Positions 17,120 through 27,373 of a stretch of DNA of 64,000 nt are shown piece by piece; positions within the stretch are counted from its first letter, which is position 1, and the number at the start of each line of letters is the position of its first letter. The stretch lies in assembly GCA_040753955.1 (NCBI GenBank), contig JBFMDQ010000002.1, positions 6,592 to 70,591 of the forward strand, in the 5' to 3' direction. The notes beneath the pieces were generated by a model. It worked only from the letters and a program-made list of their open reading frames with translations, made no database searches and was not told the origin of the DNA. The position numbers and the translations under genes are program-made. This stretch comes from Nitrospirota bacterium (lineage in GTDB: Bacteria > Nitrospirota > Thermodesulfovibrionia > Thermodesulfovibrionales > SM23-35).

Positions 17120-18124
17120 CTATTTCTTTGCCGCTGCCATCTCTTCAAGTATTTTCAGTTTTGATACCTCACCAAGGACTATTAATGTATCACCAGGCTC
17201 TATGATGGTACGAAATGTGGGATTGAAACTCATATCACCAGAAGCTCTCTTAATAGCTACAATAATAATACCCAACTCCCTTCCAATGCCACACTGATCC
17301 AAGGTAAGCCCTGCAAGGCCTGAACCTCCTGGAACGGGTATTTCCTCCATCTGTAGATCAATATTACCACTCTTCGTAGCAAACTCTATGAAATCAACAA
17401 CAGCAGGTTTCAAGACAGTATGTGCAATTTTCAGACCCCCCGTGTGATAGGGCGAAATAACCCTATCAGCACCTGCCCTGAGCAGCTTCTGTTCTGAGCC
17501 TTCTTCTCCTGCACGTGCAACAATAAAGAGGTCTGGATTTATTCCTTTTGCGCTCAGAACCACATAGAGATTCTCAGCATCACTAGGAAGCACTGATATC
17601 AAACCTTTTGCCCTCTCCATGCCTGCCGCCTTCAGGCTCTCATCGAGCGTGGCATCACCTTCAAGGATAAGGAAATCTTCCTTTACATGCTCATGAATTA
17701 CAGGGTTCTTCTCGATTACAACAAACTTCACATCCTTATCTTTTAGTTCCCTCGCAATTATTTTCCCCATTCTTCCGTAGCCACAGATAATATAATGGTC
17801 TCTTATCTCTTTAATTTTCTTTTCCAATCTCCTCCTCCCGAAAATTTCTCGAAGTTCGCCTTCTAACAGGACTCTGGCACCTATGCTCAAAGCATAGAGC
17901 ATGGTACCTACCCCACTTATTATAAGGATAATGGTAAACCACATTCCAGCAGTGGAGGGCGTTCCAACCTCTCTATAGCCTACCGTCGCAAGGGTAATTA
18001 CTGTCATATAGAGAGAATCAAGAAAATTCCATCCTTCTATGATCATGTAACCTGCAGTTCCAAAGGCGACAACAAGAAACACAAGCGGCAACACGGGTAT
18101 CAATCTTTTGGTAAGCTCTTGCAA
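17120..18124 (-). CDS. two-TM potassium-channel-like protein with RCK (TrkA-N/TrkA-C) domains and a non-canonical filter
   Basis: Pore region TLATVGYREVG (canonical is TVGYGD). Rossmann motif IICGYGRMG and a C-terminal TrkA-C-like segment. Confidence 0.8.
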   Translation of the reverse strand: MQELTKRLIPVLPLVFLVVAFGTAGYMIIEGWNFLDSLYMTVITLATVGYREVGTPSTAGMWFTIILIISGVGTMLYALSIGARVLLEGELREIFGRRRLEKKIKEIRDHYIICGYGRMGKIIARELKDKDVKFVVIEKNPVIHEHVKEDFLILEGDATLDESLKAAGMERAKGLISVLPSDAENLYVVLSAKGINPDLFIVARAGEEGSEQKLLRAGADRVISPYHTGGLKIAHTVLKPAVVDFIEFATKSGNIDLQMEEIPVPGGSGLAGLTLDQCGIGRELGIIIVAIKRASGDMSFNPTFRTIIEPGDTLIVLGEVSKLKILEEMAAAKK

Positions 18125-18231
18125 TGATCCTCCTTATGTCTGTTTACCTGAGAATTCTTTCAGTAAACTTAAATAACTTACCATAATTATATTCTATATT
18201 CACCCAGACCCAGTGATAACGACTGGATGCC

Positions 18232-18470
18232 TTAATCCCAGCTATAATGGCTTATCACTGGATTTGGGTAGTTCTTTCTTTTCCGACAGGGATGTACAGA
18301 TGCACCGAAGAGCACACGCTTATTCTTTTTTGCGACATCGATTATGTAATCATTAGGGTTACAAGATGAGATTCTAACTCGATGTATTTGCCATTTTTAT
18401 GTACACTATCGAGAGCGAGTAGAGGGTCTCCCTCTGTCTCTCCTTCGCACTCCTGAATAATCTCGGCAAG
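18232..18470 (-). pseudogene. possible decayed gene fragment (amidohydrolase-like)
   Basis: Minus-strand frame reads DYIIDVAKKNKRVLFGASVHPCRK..., preceded in another frame by ...PLLALDSVHKNGKYIELES. There is no ORF of 60 aa or more. The family assignment is a guess from local similarity. Confidence 0.25.
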
Positions 18471-18533
18471 GGGGGCATCTCGCTATTTACCAGCCTGCCT
18501 ACGGCAATAAGCCTTCTAAGAAAAAGGGTATAC

Positions 18534-20228
18534 TCAAGGTATTCTTTCATAGGTGTGCCCCTTTAACAGTTTACGCTTTTCCCTCAGCAATGAATTCAGA
18601 AGTGCAATATCGCCCGATTCCTCTGCCAGTCTCCTTCTCTCATCGAACCTTTTCTGTGCCAGTGTCTGTAGACAATCATCAATATTTCTGTCAACATGCT
18701 CTAAGTCAAACCCCGGGTTAAGAGAGAGTCCCGTAATCAGTGTCCTCTCTTGATCACCAGCCTCATCGAGGAGAGACCTCATATTTAACTTATCGCCAAG
18801 TGCCTCAATTTTCTTCAGTAAAGACTTTATGATTTCATCCTTCAGGTCTTCAATATTGAGTCTTGAAAGCACGTATTCAGCCTTTTCAGGGAATGCAATT
18901 ATCGCACTTGCCAGAAGATATTCTTCCTTGTTCTTTGCTGCCCTAACCAGACCGAACCCTTCTAAGCTATTGGGCCCTGCCTTTTTCTTTATCTTTTTAA
19001 GCTCACCTCTCAGGACCGATTCGTTGATCTTCGATCTTTCAGCAAGTTCACGTAACATTTCTTCTGCCACAATCAGGTCTCTTATGAGTGCAATCATTCC
19101 AAGGGCCTCTTTTACAGTCTCTATCCTGTCTCCCTTTGATGTATCGAGGATAAAATCTATCATTGATAGGGCACCAGAGAGAATCTTTTTAAAAGACTCA
19201 CTGCCATTTTTTCTCAGAAAACTGTCGGGGTCTTCACCCTCAGGGAGAAGCAAGACCCTTGCTCTAAAGTCACTCTCACAGAGGGTTGCCAGAGACCTTC
19301 TTGCGGCAGCAATACCTGCTTCATCACTATCAAAGACGAGTACCACCTTTCCAGTCAGTGATTTGAGCCTCTGTAATTGCCTTGATGTCAAGGCTGTCCC
19401 TAATGGTGCAACTGTGTTTTTAAAATCATATTGGTGGCATACTATAGCATCAAAATAACCCTCAACGATAATAGCATAACCTTTTTTCCTTATCTCTTCT
19501 TTTGCGATATTCAAGGCAAAGAGCGCCTCGCCCTTCTTAAATATCTCTGTCTCTGGAGAGTTAAGATATTTTGGCAGAGAGTCATCCATAACCCTTCCAC
19601 CAAATGCGATAACATCATTCTGATAGTTGAATAGGGGGAAGATGATACGTTTCCTGAACACATCCCTGTAACCTCTTTCATCAGATATAGCAAGTCCCGC
19701 ATCTTTGATAAGTGAATCGCTGAAGCCCATCTTCTTCAGATGCTTTAAAAGTGCGTCTCTTCCATCAGTAGCGTAGCCTATAAAGAAACTCTGAAGGGAT
19801 GACTCCTCAATACCCCTTTTTTTGAGATACGCCTTTGCTAAATCTGAATCGTTGAGGTTCTTTATAAAGAATTTCATGGCCTCTCTGTTTGTCTGCAATA
19901 TCCTATCACGCTTTTCAGAAAGGTCTTTATCGAACCGGAATTCCGTTATCTTGATATTGGCCTTTTTCGCAATATACCGTATTGCTTCACCGAATGAGAG
20001 GTTTTCGTGTTTCATAAGAAAACTAACCACATCACCACCGATACCACATCCAAAACAGTGAAATATCTGTTTGGATTGGCTGACCATAAAAGAAGGGGTT
20101 TTTTCAGAATGGAAAGGACAGAGGCCTTTGTAGTTCTGTCCAGACTTTTTTAATTGGACATAATCAGAAATGAACTCAACAATATCGATTCTGGATTTAA
20201 TTTCCTCAAGGAGCCTATCAGCTTTCAT
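18534..20228 (-). CDS. dnaG: DNA primase
   Basis: Zinc finger CPFHSEKTPSFMVSQSKQIFHCFGCGIGGD and TOPRIM motifs EGYFD and DSDEAG. Confidence 0.9.
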   Translation of the reverse strand: MKADRLLEEIKSRIDIVEFISDYVQLKKSGQNYKGLCPFHSEKTPSFMVSQSKQIFHCFGCGIGGDVVSFLMKHENLSFGEAIRYIAKKANIKITEFRFDKDLSEKRDRILQTNREAMKFFIKNLNDSDLAKAYLKKRGIEESSLQSFFIGYATDGRDALLKHLKKMGFSDSLIKDAGLAISDERGYRDVFRKRIIFPLFNYQNDVIAFGGRVMDDSLPKYLNSPETEIFKKGEALFALNIAKEEIRKKGYAIIVEGYFDAIVCHQYDFKNTVAPLGTALTSRQLQRLKSLTGKVVLVFDSDEAGIAAARRSLATLCESDFRARVLLLPEGEDPDSFLRKNGSESFKKILSGALSMIDFILDTSKGDRIETVKEALGMIALIRDLIVAEEMLRELAERSKINESVLRGELKKIKKKAGPNSLEGFGLVRAAKNKEEYLLASAIIAFPEKAEYVLSRLNIEDLKDEIIKSLLKKIEALGDKLNMRSLLDEAGDQERTLITGLSLNPGFDLEHVDRNIDDCLQTLAQKRFDERRRLAEESGDIALLNSLLREKRKLLKGHTYERIP

Positions 20229-20233
20229 TAAGC

Positions 20234-21199
20234 CTACTCTACGAGTCGCCGACTGAATCTCTTAAACCCGGAGCACTCGAGGATCTCCAAGGAATCACCT
20301 CTCGTGAGCTCATCGAGGAGTAAGTTCAGGCCAAGGTTATCGCTTGAAATATGTCCTGCAATGACAACATTCAGGTGGTTCTTTTCTGCCTCCTTACGGT
20401 GGTCCTCGCTGAGGTGCATCGCTACTATTGTGCTCACTCCACTCGTTGTAAGGCTTTCAAATATCTCCTTTGCCCCCTCTGTGCCACCTGTCATGTCCAC
20501 AAAGATCTTTCCTGCCTTCCTATTCTTTAAACCAAGAATGATCTTTGGACCAACACCGTTAAACCCTGCCTCTTTGTATTCAGGAATGCCTTTAAGTATA
20601 CAGAGTACATCATCCACAAGATAGGGTTTCTTTTCATCGAATAGCCTCTGTAGATAACTCGTGACCATGTTGTCAGAAGGCGTATGAACACACAGAAAGG
20701 GAATACCGAGAAGCCTTGCCGCATCCACCGCCCTTGTATGGTTAACTGGCATCAGCTTTCTCTCTACTTCTTTTATCCTCCCATCCATGAGCCCCTCTGC
20801 AATATTAATAGGGACGCCAAATCTGTTTAATATATCCGATTGCATCTGCATCACAGTGTAAAGGTTTGCATACGCCCTTCCCTCAGGGTGATGCGACAGG
20901 AGGAGGTCAACCCGCCTGCCCTTTGACCGCAGGCTATCGGCAAGCAATATCTCCCCAACTTCGATATCTATACCGACAAGAATACTTTTAATCTCCTCAT
21001 CACCCGTCCCGTAGAGAATCCTTGAATCAGAATACGGGTTCTGGAGAGACTCCTGGTCGAAAAAGTCCTTCTCATTTGGTTTGAGCTCATCAAAATCCTT
21101 CTTCCTTCGCTCCAGATCCTTCAGGACAATGTCTCTGCCCCGAGGGTCATTTTCCATCCCGGTTTCGATGGCCTTTCTGTAAATATCCCTTAATTTCAT
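20234..21199 (-). CDS. NIF3 (DUF34)-like dinuclear metal centre protein
   Basis: LLLSHHPEG, CVHTPSDN and VIAGHISSDNLG are consistent with NIF3 metal ligands. It sits between yqeY and dnaG, as in many bacteria. Confidence 0.5.
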   Translation of the reverse strand: MKLRDIYRKAIETGMENDPRGRDIVLKDLERRKKDFDELKPNEKDFFDQESLQNPYSDSRILYGTGDEEIKSILVGIDIEVGEILLADSLRSKGRRVDLLLSHHPEGRAYANLYTVMQMQSDILNRFGVPINIAEGLMDGRIKEVERKLMPVNHTRAVDAARLLGIPFLCVHTPSDNMVTSYLQRLFDEKKPYLVDDVLCILKGIPEYKEAGFNGVGPKIILGLKNRKAGKIFVDMTGGTEGAKEIFESLTTSGVSTIVAMHLSEDHRKEAEKNHLNVVIAGHISSDNLGLNLLLDELTRGDSLEILECSGFKRFSRRLVE

Positions 21200-21645
21200 A
21201 TCTTTTCTAATAGTTCTCTTACCCGCTGATTTACAATCCTTCCATCTGCAGCACCCTTCACTCGGGGCATAAGGATACGCATTACTTTACCCATATCTTT
21301 TATACCTTCCGCTGAAGATTCCTTTATCGCCTCAATGATTAACCTGTCAAGCTCTTCCGGAGTTAGCTGACGTGGCAGGTATGATTGGAGGATTTCGAGT
21401 TCCTGTCTTTCTTTTTCTGCAAGGTCTTCTCTTCCTCCCTTTGAAAACAGCTCGATTGATTCTCGCCTTTGTTTTGAGAGCATAGAAACAACAGAGATTA
21501 TGTCCTCCTCGAACAACTCTCCCCTCTTCTCTATTTGCTTATTCTTGATGGCTGCCTTAACCATCCTTAAAACAGAAGTCCTAAGACTGTCAGATTTCTT
21601 CATTGCTACCTTTAAATCATCATCGAGTCTCTGCAGAAGGGACAT
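21196..21645 (-). CDS. GatB/YqeY domain protein
   Basis: LKVAMKKSDSLRTSVLRMVKAAIKNKQIE ... LQSYLPRQLTPEEL, the typical YqeY sequence. Confidence 0.85.
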   Translation of the reverse strand: MSLLQRLDDDLKVAMKKSDSLRTSVLRMVKAAIKNKQIEKRGELFEEDIISVVSMLSKQRRESIELFSKGGREDLAEKERQELEILQSYLPRQLTPEELDRLIIEAIKESSAEGIKDMGKVMRILMPRVKGAADGRIVNQRVRELLEKI

Positions 21646-21842
21646 TACCTCACCGCCAGCTTCGTTCTTCTGAAGGCCTTCTTACGAGCAGCAAGGGCTT
21701 TCTTCTTCCTTTTCACACTCGGCTTTTCGTAGTGCTCCCTCTTCTTTACCTCGGAGAGGATTCCTTCTCTTTCACACTGCCTTTTGAACTTTTTAAGCGC
21801 ATTTTCGAAAGATTCACTCTCCCCTACCTTTACAATGGGCAT
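21645..21842 (-). CDS. rpsU: 30S ribosomal protein S21
   Basis: [42 protein letters not shown]. Confidence 0.95.
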   Translation of the reverse strand: MPIVKVGESESFENALKKFKRQCEREGILSEVKKREHYEKPSVKRKKKALAARKKAFRRTKLAVR

Positions 21843-22081
21843 CCATATACCCCTCCTCTCTATTTAAAACTTGAGAATAATCTTACCAATTTGCAAATTC
21901 CCCTGTCAATGTTGTATTGTACCGAATTGAACCATTCCAGGTGTTTTAGTAAATTGCCAAGCCCTCCTTGCAACCCTTTTTGCCCTGTCAGAAAGAAAGC
22001 CCTGCCCTTTTGGGTGAGGTAAAAAATACATAGGCGAGGGCGTGGTTAATGTCTCAATCGAGCTTTCTAACGAGGTTTATA

Positions 22082-22110
22082 TTGATAAATAAAGAAAATC
22101 CTTGTATATT
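22082..22110 (+). promoter_or_regulatory. putative sigma70 promoter for the USP / P-type ATPase genes
   Basis: TTGATA (22082-22087), a 17-nt spacer, then TATATT (22105-22110). A GAGCTTTCTAACGAGG motif copy lies just upstream (22060-22075). Confidence 0.4.
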
Positions 22111-22130
22111 TGCGTGATTTGGGCTTAACT

Positions 22131-22973
22131 GTGTATACAAAGATATTTGCAGCAGTTAATGAACACCTGAATTCAGAAATCTCCGCAAGATATGCTCTGA
22201 ACCTTGCGAGAGCATGCGGGGCAAAACTTTACATCTGCTTTATCGCTGAGAAAGGTATGTCCAGACTTAGCTTTGAGAGGGCTGAGGATGCTATAAAAAG
22301 GCTATTTATTAAGGCAGAGGAGATGGATATTCAGGTGGAGAGCATTATCGAGACCGGAGAACCTGTAAAAGAGATACATAAGATTGTTAGACACGAAGGA
22401 ATAGACATCGTTTTCGCATCCACGCGAAGAGAAGACATTGAGAGGAGATTCTATGCAGGCACCATTGCACGGAGCCTGTCTCTGGCGCTTCCATGCTCTG
22501 TAGCTCTGGTGAGAGTTGTGCATATGGGGAGGATACATCCAAGAAATATCCTCGTTCCGATAAAGGCAAAAATTGATCATATAAAGGAAAGGGCATATTT
22601 TACTGCAAAGATGGCAGAGAGTTTTGGTTCAAAGGTCTTTGTCTTTCACGCTACGAAACCTATAACCAAATTTTTCCATGGTGAAATACATCTCACACCT
22701 GTTGAATGGGAAAAGAGATTGCCCAAGGATACATCAATTTTTATGGAATACCTCCGTAAGTACCAGATTGAGTTTGAAGGCAGAGTTTTACCAGGTACCA
22801 CAGCAAGGAGCATAACCATTGAGGCTGCTTCAAAAAGACATGACCTCATAATAATGGGCGCAAGTGAAAGGAGCCTTCTGAGTTCTATATTTAAAGGCAA
22901 TCCTGTAGAGGAACTCTTAAGGGAGACCCCGTGCGATCTGATAGTCCTGAAACCGAGGCATGAAGATAAATAG
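22131..22973 (+). CDS. tandem universal stress protein (UspA family)
   Basis: Two USP-like halves (e.g. the second half's ...IIMGASERS). I prefer the GTG at 22131 (VYTKIFAAVNEH) because the TTG at 22110 overlaps the predicted -10 box. Confidence 0.75.
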   Translation: MYTKIFAAVNEHLNSEISARYALNLARACGAKLYICFIAEKGMSRLSFERAEDAIKRLFIKAEEMDIQVESIIETGEPVKEIHKIVRHEGIDIVFASTRREDIERRFYAGTIARSLSLALPCSVALVRVVHMGRIHPRNILVPIKAKIDHIKERAYFTAKMAESFGSKVFVFHATKPITKFFHGEIHLTPVEWEKRLPKDTSIFMEYLRKYQIEFEGRVLPGTTARSITIEAASKRHDLIIMGASERSLLSSIFKGNPVEELLRETPCDLIVLKPRHEDK

Positions 22974-25611
22974 CCTTACAGTAAAGGAAGTCTTTCACAG
23001 TCTCGTTACATTAGAGGAGGGACTCACAGAGGATGAGGCGAAGAGGAGACTTAAAGAATTTGGCTATAATGAGATTGAAGAGGTAAAGAAAAAACCCCTC
23101 ACCTTCAGGTTCTTAGGTCAGTTCACGCATTTCCTTGCTGTTTTACTCTGGATAGCTGCCCTGCTTTCATTCCTCTCTGAGTACCTTCATCCAGGCGAGG
23201 GCATGCTTACCCTCGGCTTCGCAATCACAGCCGTTGTATTCATCAATGCCATATTCACTTTTATTCAGGAATACCGTGCAGAAAAGGCACTGGAGGAAAT
23301 GAAGAGGCTCCTCCCCTTTTATGTGAAGGTTATAAGAGAAGGAAAAGAAAGGGAGATTTACGCAAAGGAGGTTGTGCCCGGTGACGTGATACTCCTTTCA
23401 GAGGGTGACAAGGTTTCTGCTGATACGAGGCTCATAGAGTCAAATGATATAAGGGTAAACAATGCCCCCCTGACAGGTGAATCAGAGCCTGTAACGAGGG
23501 TTATAGAGCCTTTTACAGGAGAGATCATAAACAGCCCTAACATAGCCTTTGCAGGGACAACGGTCGTCAGTGGCTCAGGAAAGGGAGTAGTCTTTGCAAC
23601 GGGAATGAGGACAGAGTTCGGGAGAATCGCTCACCTCACAGGCACAGTTACTTCAGGTCTCAGCCCTCTTCAGAAAGAGATAATAAAGATAACGAGAGTC
23701 ATTGCAGCTATAGCCACAATTATGGGTGTTATATTCTTTGCAACAGGGCACTTCATTGGCAGAACATTCTGGGAAAACTTCCTCTTTGCAGTAGGAATAA
23801 TCGTTGCCAATGTCCCGGAGGGATTACTTCCAACAGTGACCCTTTCACTCGCTATGGGCAGCCAGAGGATGGCAAAGAGAATGGCATTGATAAAGACCCT
23901 AACATCTGTAGAGACTCTTGGCTCTGTCTCTGTCATCTGCACGGACAAAACAGGGACACTGACCCAGAACAAGATGGCTGTAAAAAGGATAGCCTATATT
24001 GGTGAGGGTATAAAGACAGAAGGACAAGGGCCTTCCTTGCTTACTGTTGCCCTGCTCTGCAACAACACAAAGGAGGTCGAAGGAAATCTAAAGGGTGAGC
24101 CAACAGAAGTCGCACTCTACAGGGCAGCGCTCGAGTCCATAGGTCATGTGGAAAGTAGAAGGATAAAGGAGTTCCCCTTTGACTCTGATAGGAAGAGGAT
24201 GAGCACAATAAATTCTATCAATGGCAGCATCTATGCCATGACAAAGGGTGCACCTGAAAATATATTCACAATATGCAGTCATTGCCTCAGAGATGGTGAA
24301 ATATTGTATTTTGATGAGGCCCTCAGGGATAAGTCAGTTTCCCTTTACTATTCAATGATGGATGAGGGGTTAAGGGTCCTTGCCTTTGCATATAGAGAGG
24401 TTAAAAGTGGCGAGGATATAAAGAGTAAGGAAGATGTAGAGAGGGATATGGTTTTTTTGGGTCTGGTAGGGCTTGAAGACCCTCCAAGACCAGAGGTACC
24501 GGAGGCAATAAAGAAATGCAGGGAGGCTGGAATAAAAATAATAATGATCACAGGTGATGGCTCGAGAACAGCCCTCGCTATTGCAAGGGAGATTGGCCTT
24601 GTAAAAGGAAACTCCTCGATAGTGGAAGGAAGTGATTTTTTAAGGATGTCTGATGACGAACTCCGCATGGTCCTCTCAAAAGAGGAGGTCATATTTTCAA
24701 GGATGACGCCAAAGCATAAGCTGAGGGTTGTAAATATCCTAAAGGAAGAAGGTGAAAGAGTCGCGGTTACAGGTGATGGAGTCAACGACGCCCCTGCTTT
24801 GAAAAGAGCAGACATAGGTATTGCCATGGGTATTATGGGAACTGATGTTGCGAAAGAGGCAGCTGATATAATACTCCTTGATGATAACTTCGCCACTATT
24901 GTAAATGCTATAGAAGAAGGCAGGGCTGTTTATGAGAATATCAGAAAGTTCATAAGCTATATCTTTTCTTCCAATATCCCCGAAATAGTCCCTTATCTTA
25001 CATATGTCCTATTGAGGATACCCCTTCCCCTTACAATTATGCAAATACTCGCCGTTGACCTGGGCACAGACATGTTTCCTGCCCTCGCACTTGGTGCGGA
25101 GAAACCCTCACCGGCTGTTATGAAAATACCTCCAAGAAGCCCAAAGGAAAGGCTCTTGAACTTTCCGTTACTCACAAGGGCATACCTGTTCCTTGGCCCT
25201 ATTGAGGCAGTAGCAGGGCTATTTGGGTACTTCTATGTATTGAATAAAGGTGGCTGGCAGTGGGGTGAAATGCTTGCATCTAACAATATCCTTTATCTAC
25301 AGGCAACAACTGCCTGCCTTACAGCAATAATCGTTACACAGATCGCTAATGTCTTTGCATGCAGGTCTTTTAAGGAATCTGTTTTTCGCCTCGGCATTTT
25401 CACAAACAGGTTAATCTTTGCAGGTATAGCATTCGAAATCCTCCTGCAATTATTCATCGTCTATCATCCCTTTGGCAACAAAATATTCTCAACTCACCCT
25501 ATTTCAGTGGAGATATGGCTCATCCTCATTCCTTTTGCCCTTCTACTCTTTTCTGCTGAAGAACTGAGGAAGCTTATTGTAAGGAGAGTTTGGAAAAAGT
25601 CTTTACCATAA
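22960..25611 (+). CDS. cation-transporting P-type ATPase (type II, Ca2+/Na+-like)
   Basis: TGES, ICTDKTGTLT, MITGD and TGDGVNDAPAL motifs; 883 aa with 10 predicted TM segments. Confidence 0.9.
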   Translation: MKINSLTVKEVFHSLVTLEEGLTEDEAKRRLKEFGYNEIEEVKKKPLTFRFLGQFTHFLAVLLWIAALLSFLSEYLHPGEGMLTLGFAITAVVFINAIFTFIQEYRAEKALEEMKRLLPFYVKVIREGKEREIYAKEVVPGDVILLSEGDKVSADTRLIESNDIRVNNAPLTGESEPVTRVIEPFTGEIINSPNIAFAGTTVVSGSGKGVVFATGMRTEFGRIAHLTGTVTSGLSPLQKEIIKITRVIAAIATIMGVIFFATGHFIGRTFWENFLFAVGIIVANVPEGLLPTVTLSLAMGSQRMAKRMALIKTLTSVETLGSVSVICTDKTGTLTQNKMAVKRIAYIGEGIKTEGQGPSLLTVALLCNNTKEVEGNLKGEPTEVALYRAALESIGHVESRRIKEFPFDSDRKRMSTINSINGSIYAMTKGAPENIFTICSHCLRDGEILYFDEALRDKSVSLYYSMMDEGLRVLAFAYREVKSGEDIKSKEDVERDMVFLGLVGLEDPPRPEVPEAIKKCREAGIKIIMITGDGSRTALAIAREIGLVKGNSSIVEGSDFLRMSDDELRMVLSKEEVIFSRMTPKHKLRVVNILKEEGERVAVTGDGVNDAPALKRADIGIAMGIMGTDVAKEAADIILLDDNFATIVNAIEEGRAVYENIRKFISYIFSSNIPEIVPYLTYVLLRIPLPLTIMQILAVDLGTDMFPALALGAEKPSPAVMKIPPRSPKERLLNFPLLTRAYLFLGPIEAVAGLFGYFYVLNKGGWQWGEMLASNNILYLQATTACLTAIIVTQIANVFACRSFKESVFRLGIFTNRLIFAGIAFEILLQLFIVYHPFGNKIFSTHPISVEIWLILIPFALLLFSAEELRKLIVRRVWKKSLP

Positions 25612-25628
25612 GGACGAAAAAATTATAC

Positions 25629-27095
25629 TTACATCTCAACCCTTGTGATCACTCCATGAAGTTTGTGTGCAAGGGCGGTTCCCTTAATCCTGCTTATGCT
25701 CTTATATGCAAGGTTGTATCTTTCAAGAAAGACATCTAAATACATAGGCTTAAGCGACCTGTAAAGTTTCTTTTGTCCAGAGGTATATATCATGATTATG
25801 CATAAAGGAATGGAAGCTATTATGATTGACCAGTAACCACCGTGAGGGATCTTATAGGAGTTTGACAACAGGAAAACAATATCAACAAAGGTTACAAGCA
25901 AGGAGATAATCATGAAAATAATTTTTCCTCTTAAATAAAATATCCATGTCATCATGACACCTGTAAGAGTCATTGTCCCGGTGACTGCCAGGCCATAGGC
26001 AGCAGCGAGGCGATGTGATTCCTTGAATTCAAACATAATAAATACAACAGCAATGAGCAGAAACCAGTTAACAAAGCCGATGTATATCTGAGACCTAAGT
26101 TCAGCAGATGTGTAATCAATCTTGAACATCGGTACAATATGTGTTGTTATCCCTTGGTAGACTATGGAGAACATCCCACTAATCAGTGCCTGGGATGCTA
26201 TGACAGTGGCAATGATACTTAGAAAGAGAAATGGGACATAAAGCATCTGTGCCTGATTAAATATCATCTCAAAAAGCACATTTTTTGTTTGTGGATACTA
26301 AATAAGAAAGGCACCCTGCCCGAGGTAATTGAGCAAAAGGGCTACAAACACTAAATACCACGCATCGACAATGGGTTTGCGGCCCAAGTGTCCCATATCA
26401 GCATATAAAGCCTCCCCTCCGGTAGCACAGAGAATAACCTCTGAAAGTACAAAAAATCCAGCGATTCCATTTTCATAAAGAAATTGAAAAGCATAATAGG
26501 GATTTACGGACTTAAGTACCGATGGGACATAAAGTATCGAAACAATACCTGAAATAGTCAGCGATAAAAACCACAAAAGCATTAAAGGGCCGAACGCCCC
26601 CGCAACTTTTTCAGTTCCCTTTTTCTGGAAGACAAATAGAAGTATTGCAATTACACTTGCAATAAGAATAATTGTCTCCTGTCCTGTATTCTCGAAACCA
26701 GGGATCAAAAGGGAACCCTCAACAGCGCTGAGTATGCTTATTGCCGGGGTGATCACCCCATCACCAATAAAGAGGGATATACCAATGAAGGAGAGAAACG
26801 TAACAAATGCTGCCTTCCTGCTTGATCTTAACCAAGAGATGAGCAACTCCTTCAGAACGATAGTACCTCCTTCACCTTTCTTACCAAGGCTCATGGCAAG
26901 CCATGCGTACTCAACAGTTACAAGTATTATGAGAGTCCAGATAATAAGGGAAAGAACACCTATTACATGATCTTCAGTAGGTCTTGTGAGAAGAAAGATA
27001 ACTGTAAGAGTGTATATAGGGCTTGTTCCAATATCTCCAAAGACAAGGCCTAAGGATTTTATTATCCCTTTCAGGTGAAACTTTTTATAAAACAC
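25629..27095 (-). pseudogene. kup: Kup/HAK/KT potassium uptake gene, disrupted by an in-frame TAG and truncated at the 3' end
   Basis: GLVFGDIGTSPIY is in the upstream ORF. The two ORFs are in the same frame, separated by TAG at 26298-26300 (...GQGAFLI * YPQTKNVLFEM...). The gene ends shortly after RIKGTAL, so the ~130-aa cytosolic C-terminal domain is missing. Confidence 0.75.
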
Positions 27096-27126
27096 AGCCC
27101 CTTTTTTGAGGGCAAAGGAGGGATAC

Positions 27127-27152
27127 TAAAAAACCGCTATCAATGTAACGGT
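27127..27152 (-). terminator. weak candidate terminator / expression platform of the riboswitch
   Basis: Minus strand ACCGTTACATTGATAGCGGT followed by TTTTT. The stem is short, so this is uncertain. Confidence 0.3.
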
Positions 27153-27159
27153 AAAAATC

Positions 27160-27305
27160 TCTATCCATTGCCCTTCCAAGTGCCTACGAGGTTAGCTGTC
27201 GGGCTCGGGCTTGGAAGTGCCCTATTCCCGGTTATCCGGGAAACACGCCCCAATATTGGTTCCCCCGTATCCATCTCTAAATGGATTTCGGCTGCTATCC
27301 AGTCA
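27160..27305 (-). ncRNA. c-di-AMP riboswitch (ydaO/kimA class) in the kup leader
   Basis: Minus strand contains ACGGGGGAACCA ... GGGGCG ... CCCGAGCCCGACAGCUAACCUCGUAGGC. This closely matches the conserved ACGGGGGACCCA and CCCGAAUCCGUCAGCUAACCUCGUAAGCG blocks of the B. subtilis ydaO element as I recall them. It lies upstream of a K+ transporter gene, the usual context. Confidence 0.8.
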
Positions 27306-27373
27306 TAACTCTACTCCCAAAGGCTAAAATTGTCAATACTTTTATAACTCATGATGGGTCGTAATATAGAAAT

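Noticed and set aside
24348-24896. 182-aa minus-strand ORF inside the P-type ATPase gene. Similar antisense ORFs occur at 18829-19458, 40926-41483, 60251-60784, 14763-15218 and 5946-6347.
   Set aside because: Each lies wholly antisense to a strongly supported conserved gene, has a low-complexity Ser/Pro/Ile-rich composition, and has no SD or recognisable motifs. These are typical shadow ORFs.
26298-26300. In-frame TAG in kup considered as programmed read-through or pyrrolysine.
   Set aside because: There are no pyl genes or PYLIS-like context in the window, and the gene is also truncated at the 3' end. Pseudogenisation or a base-call error is simpler.
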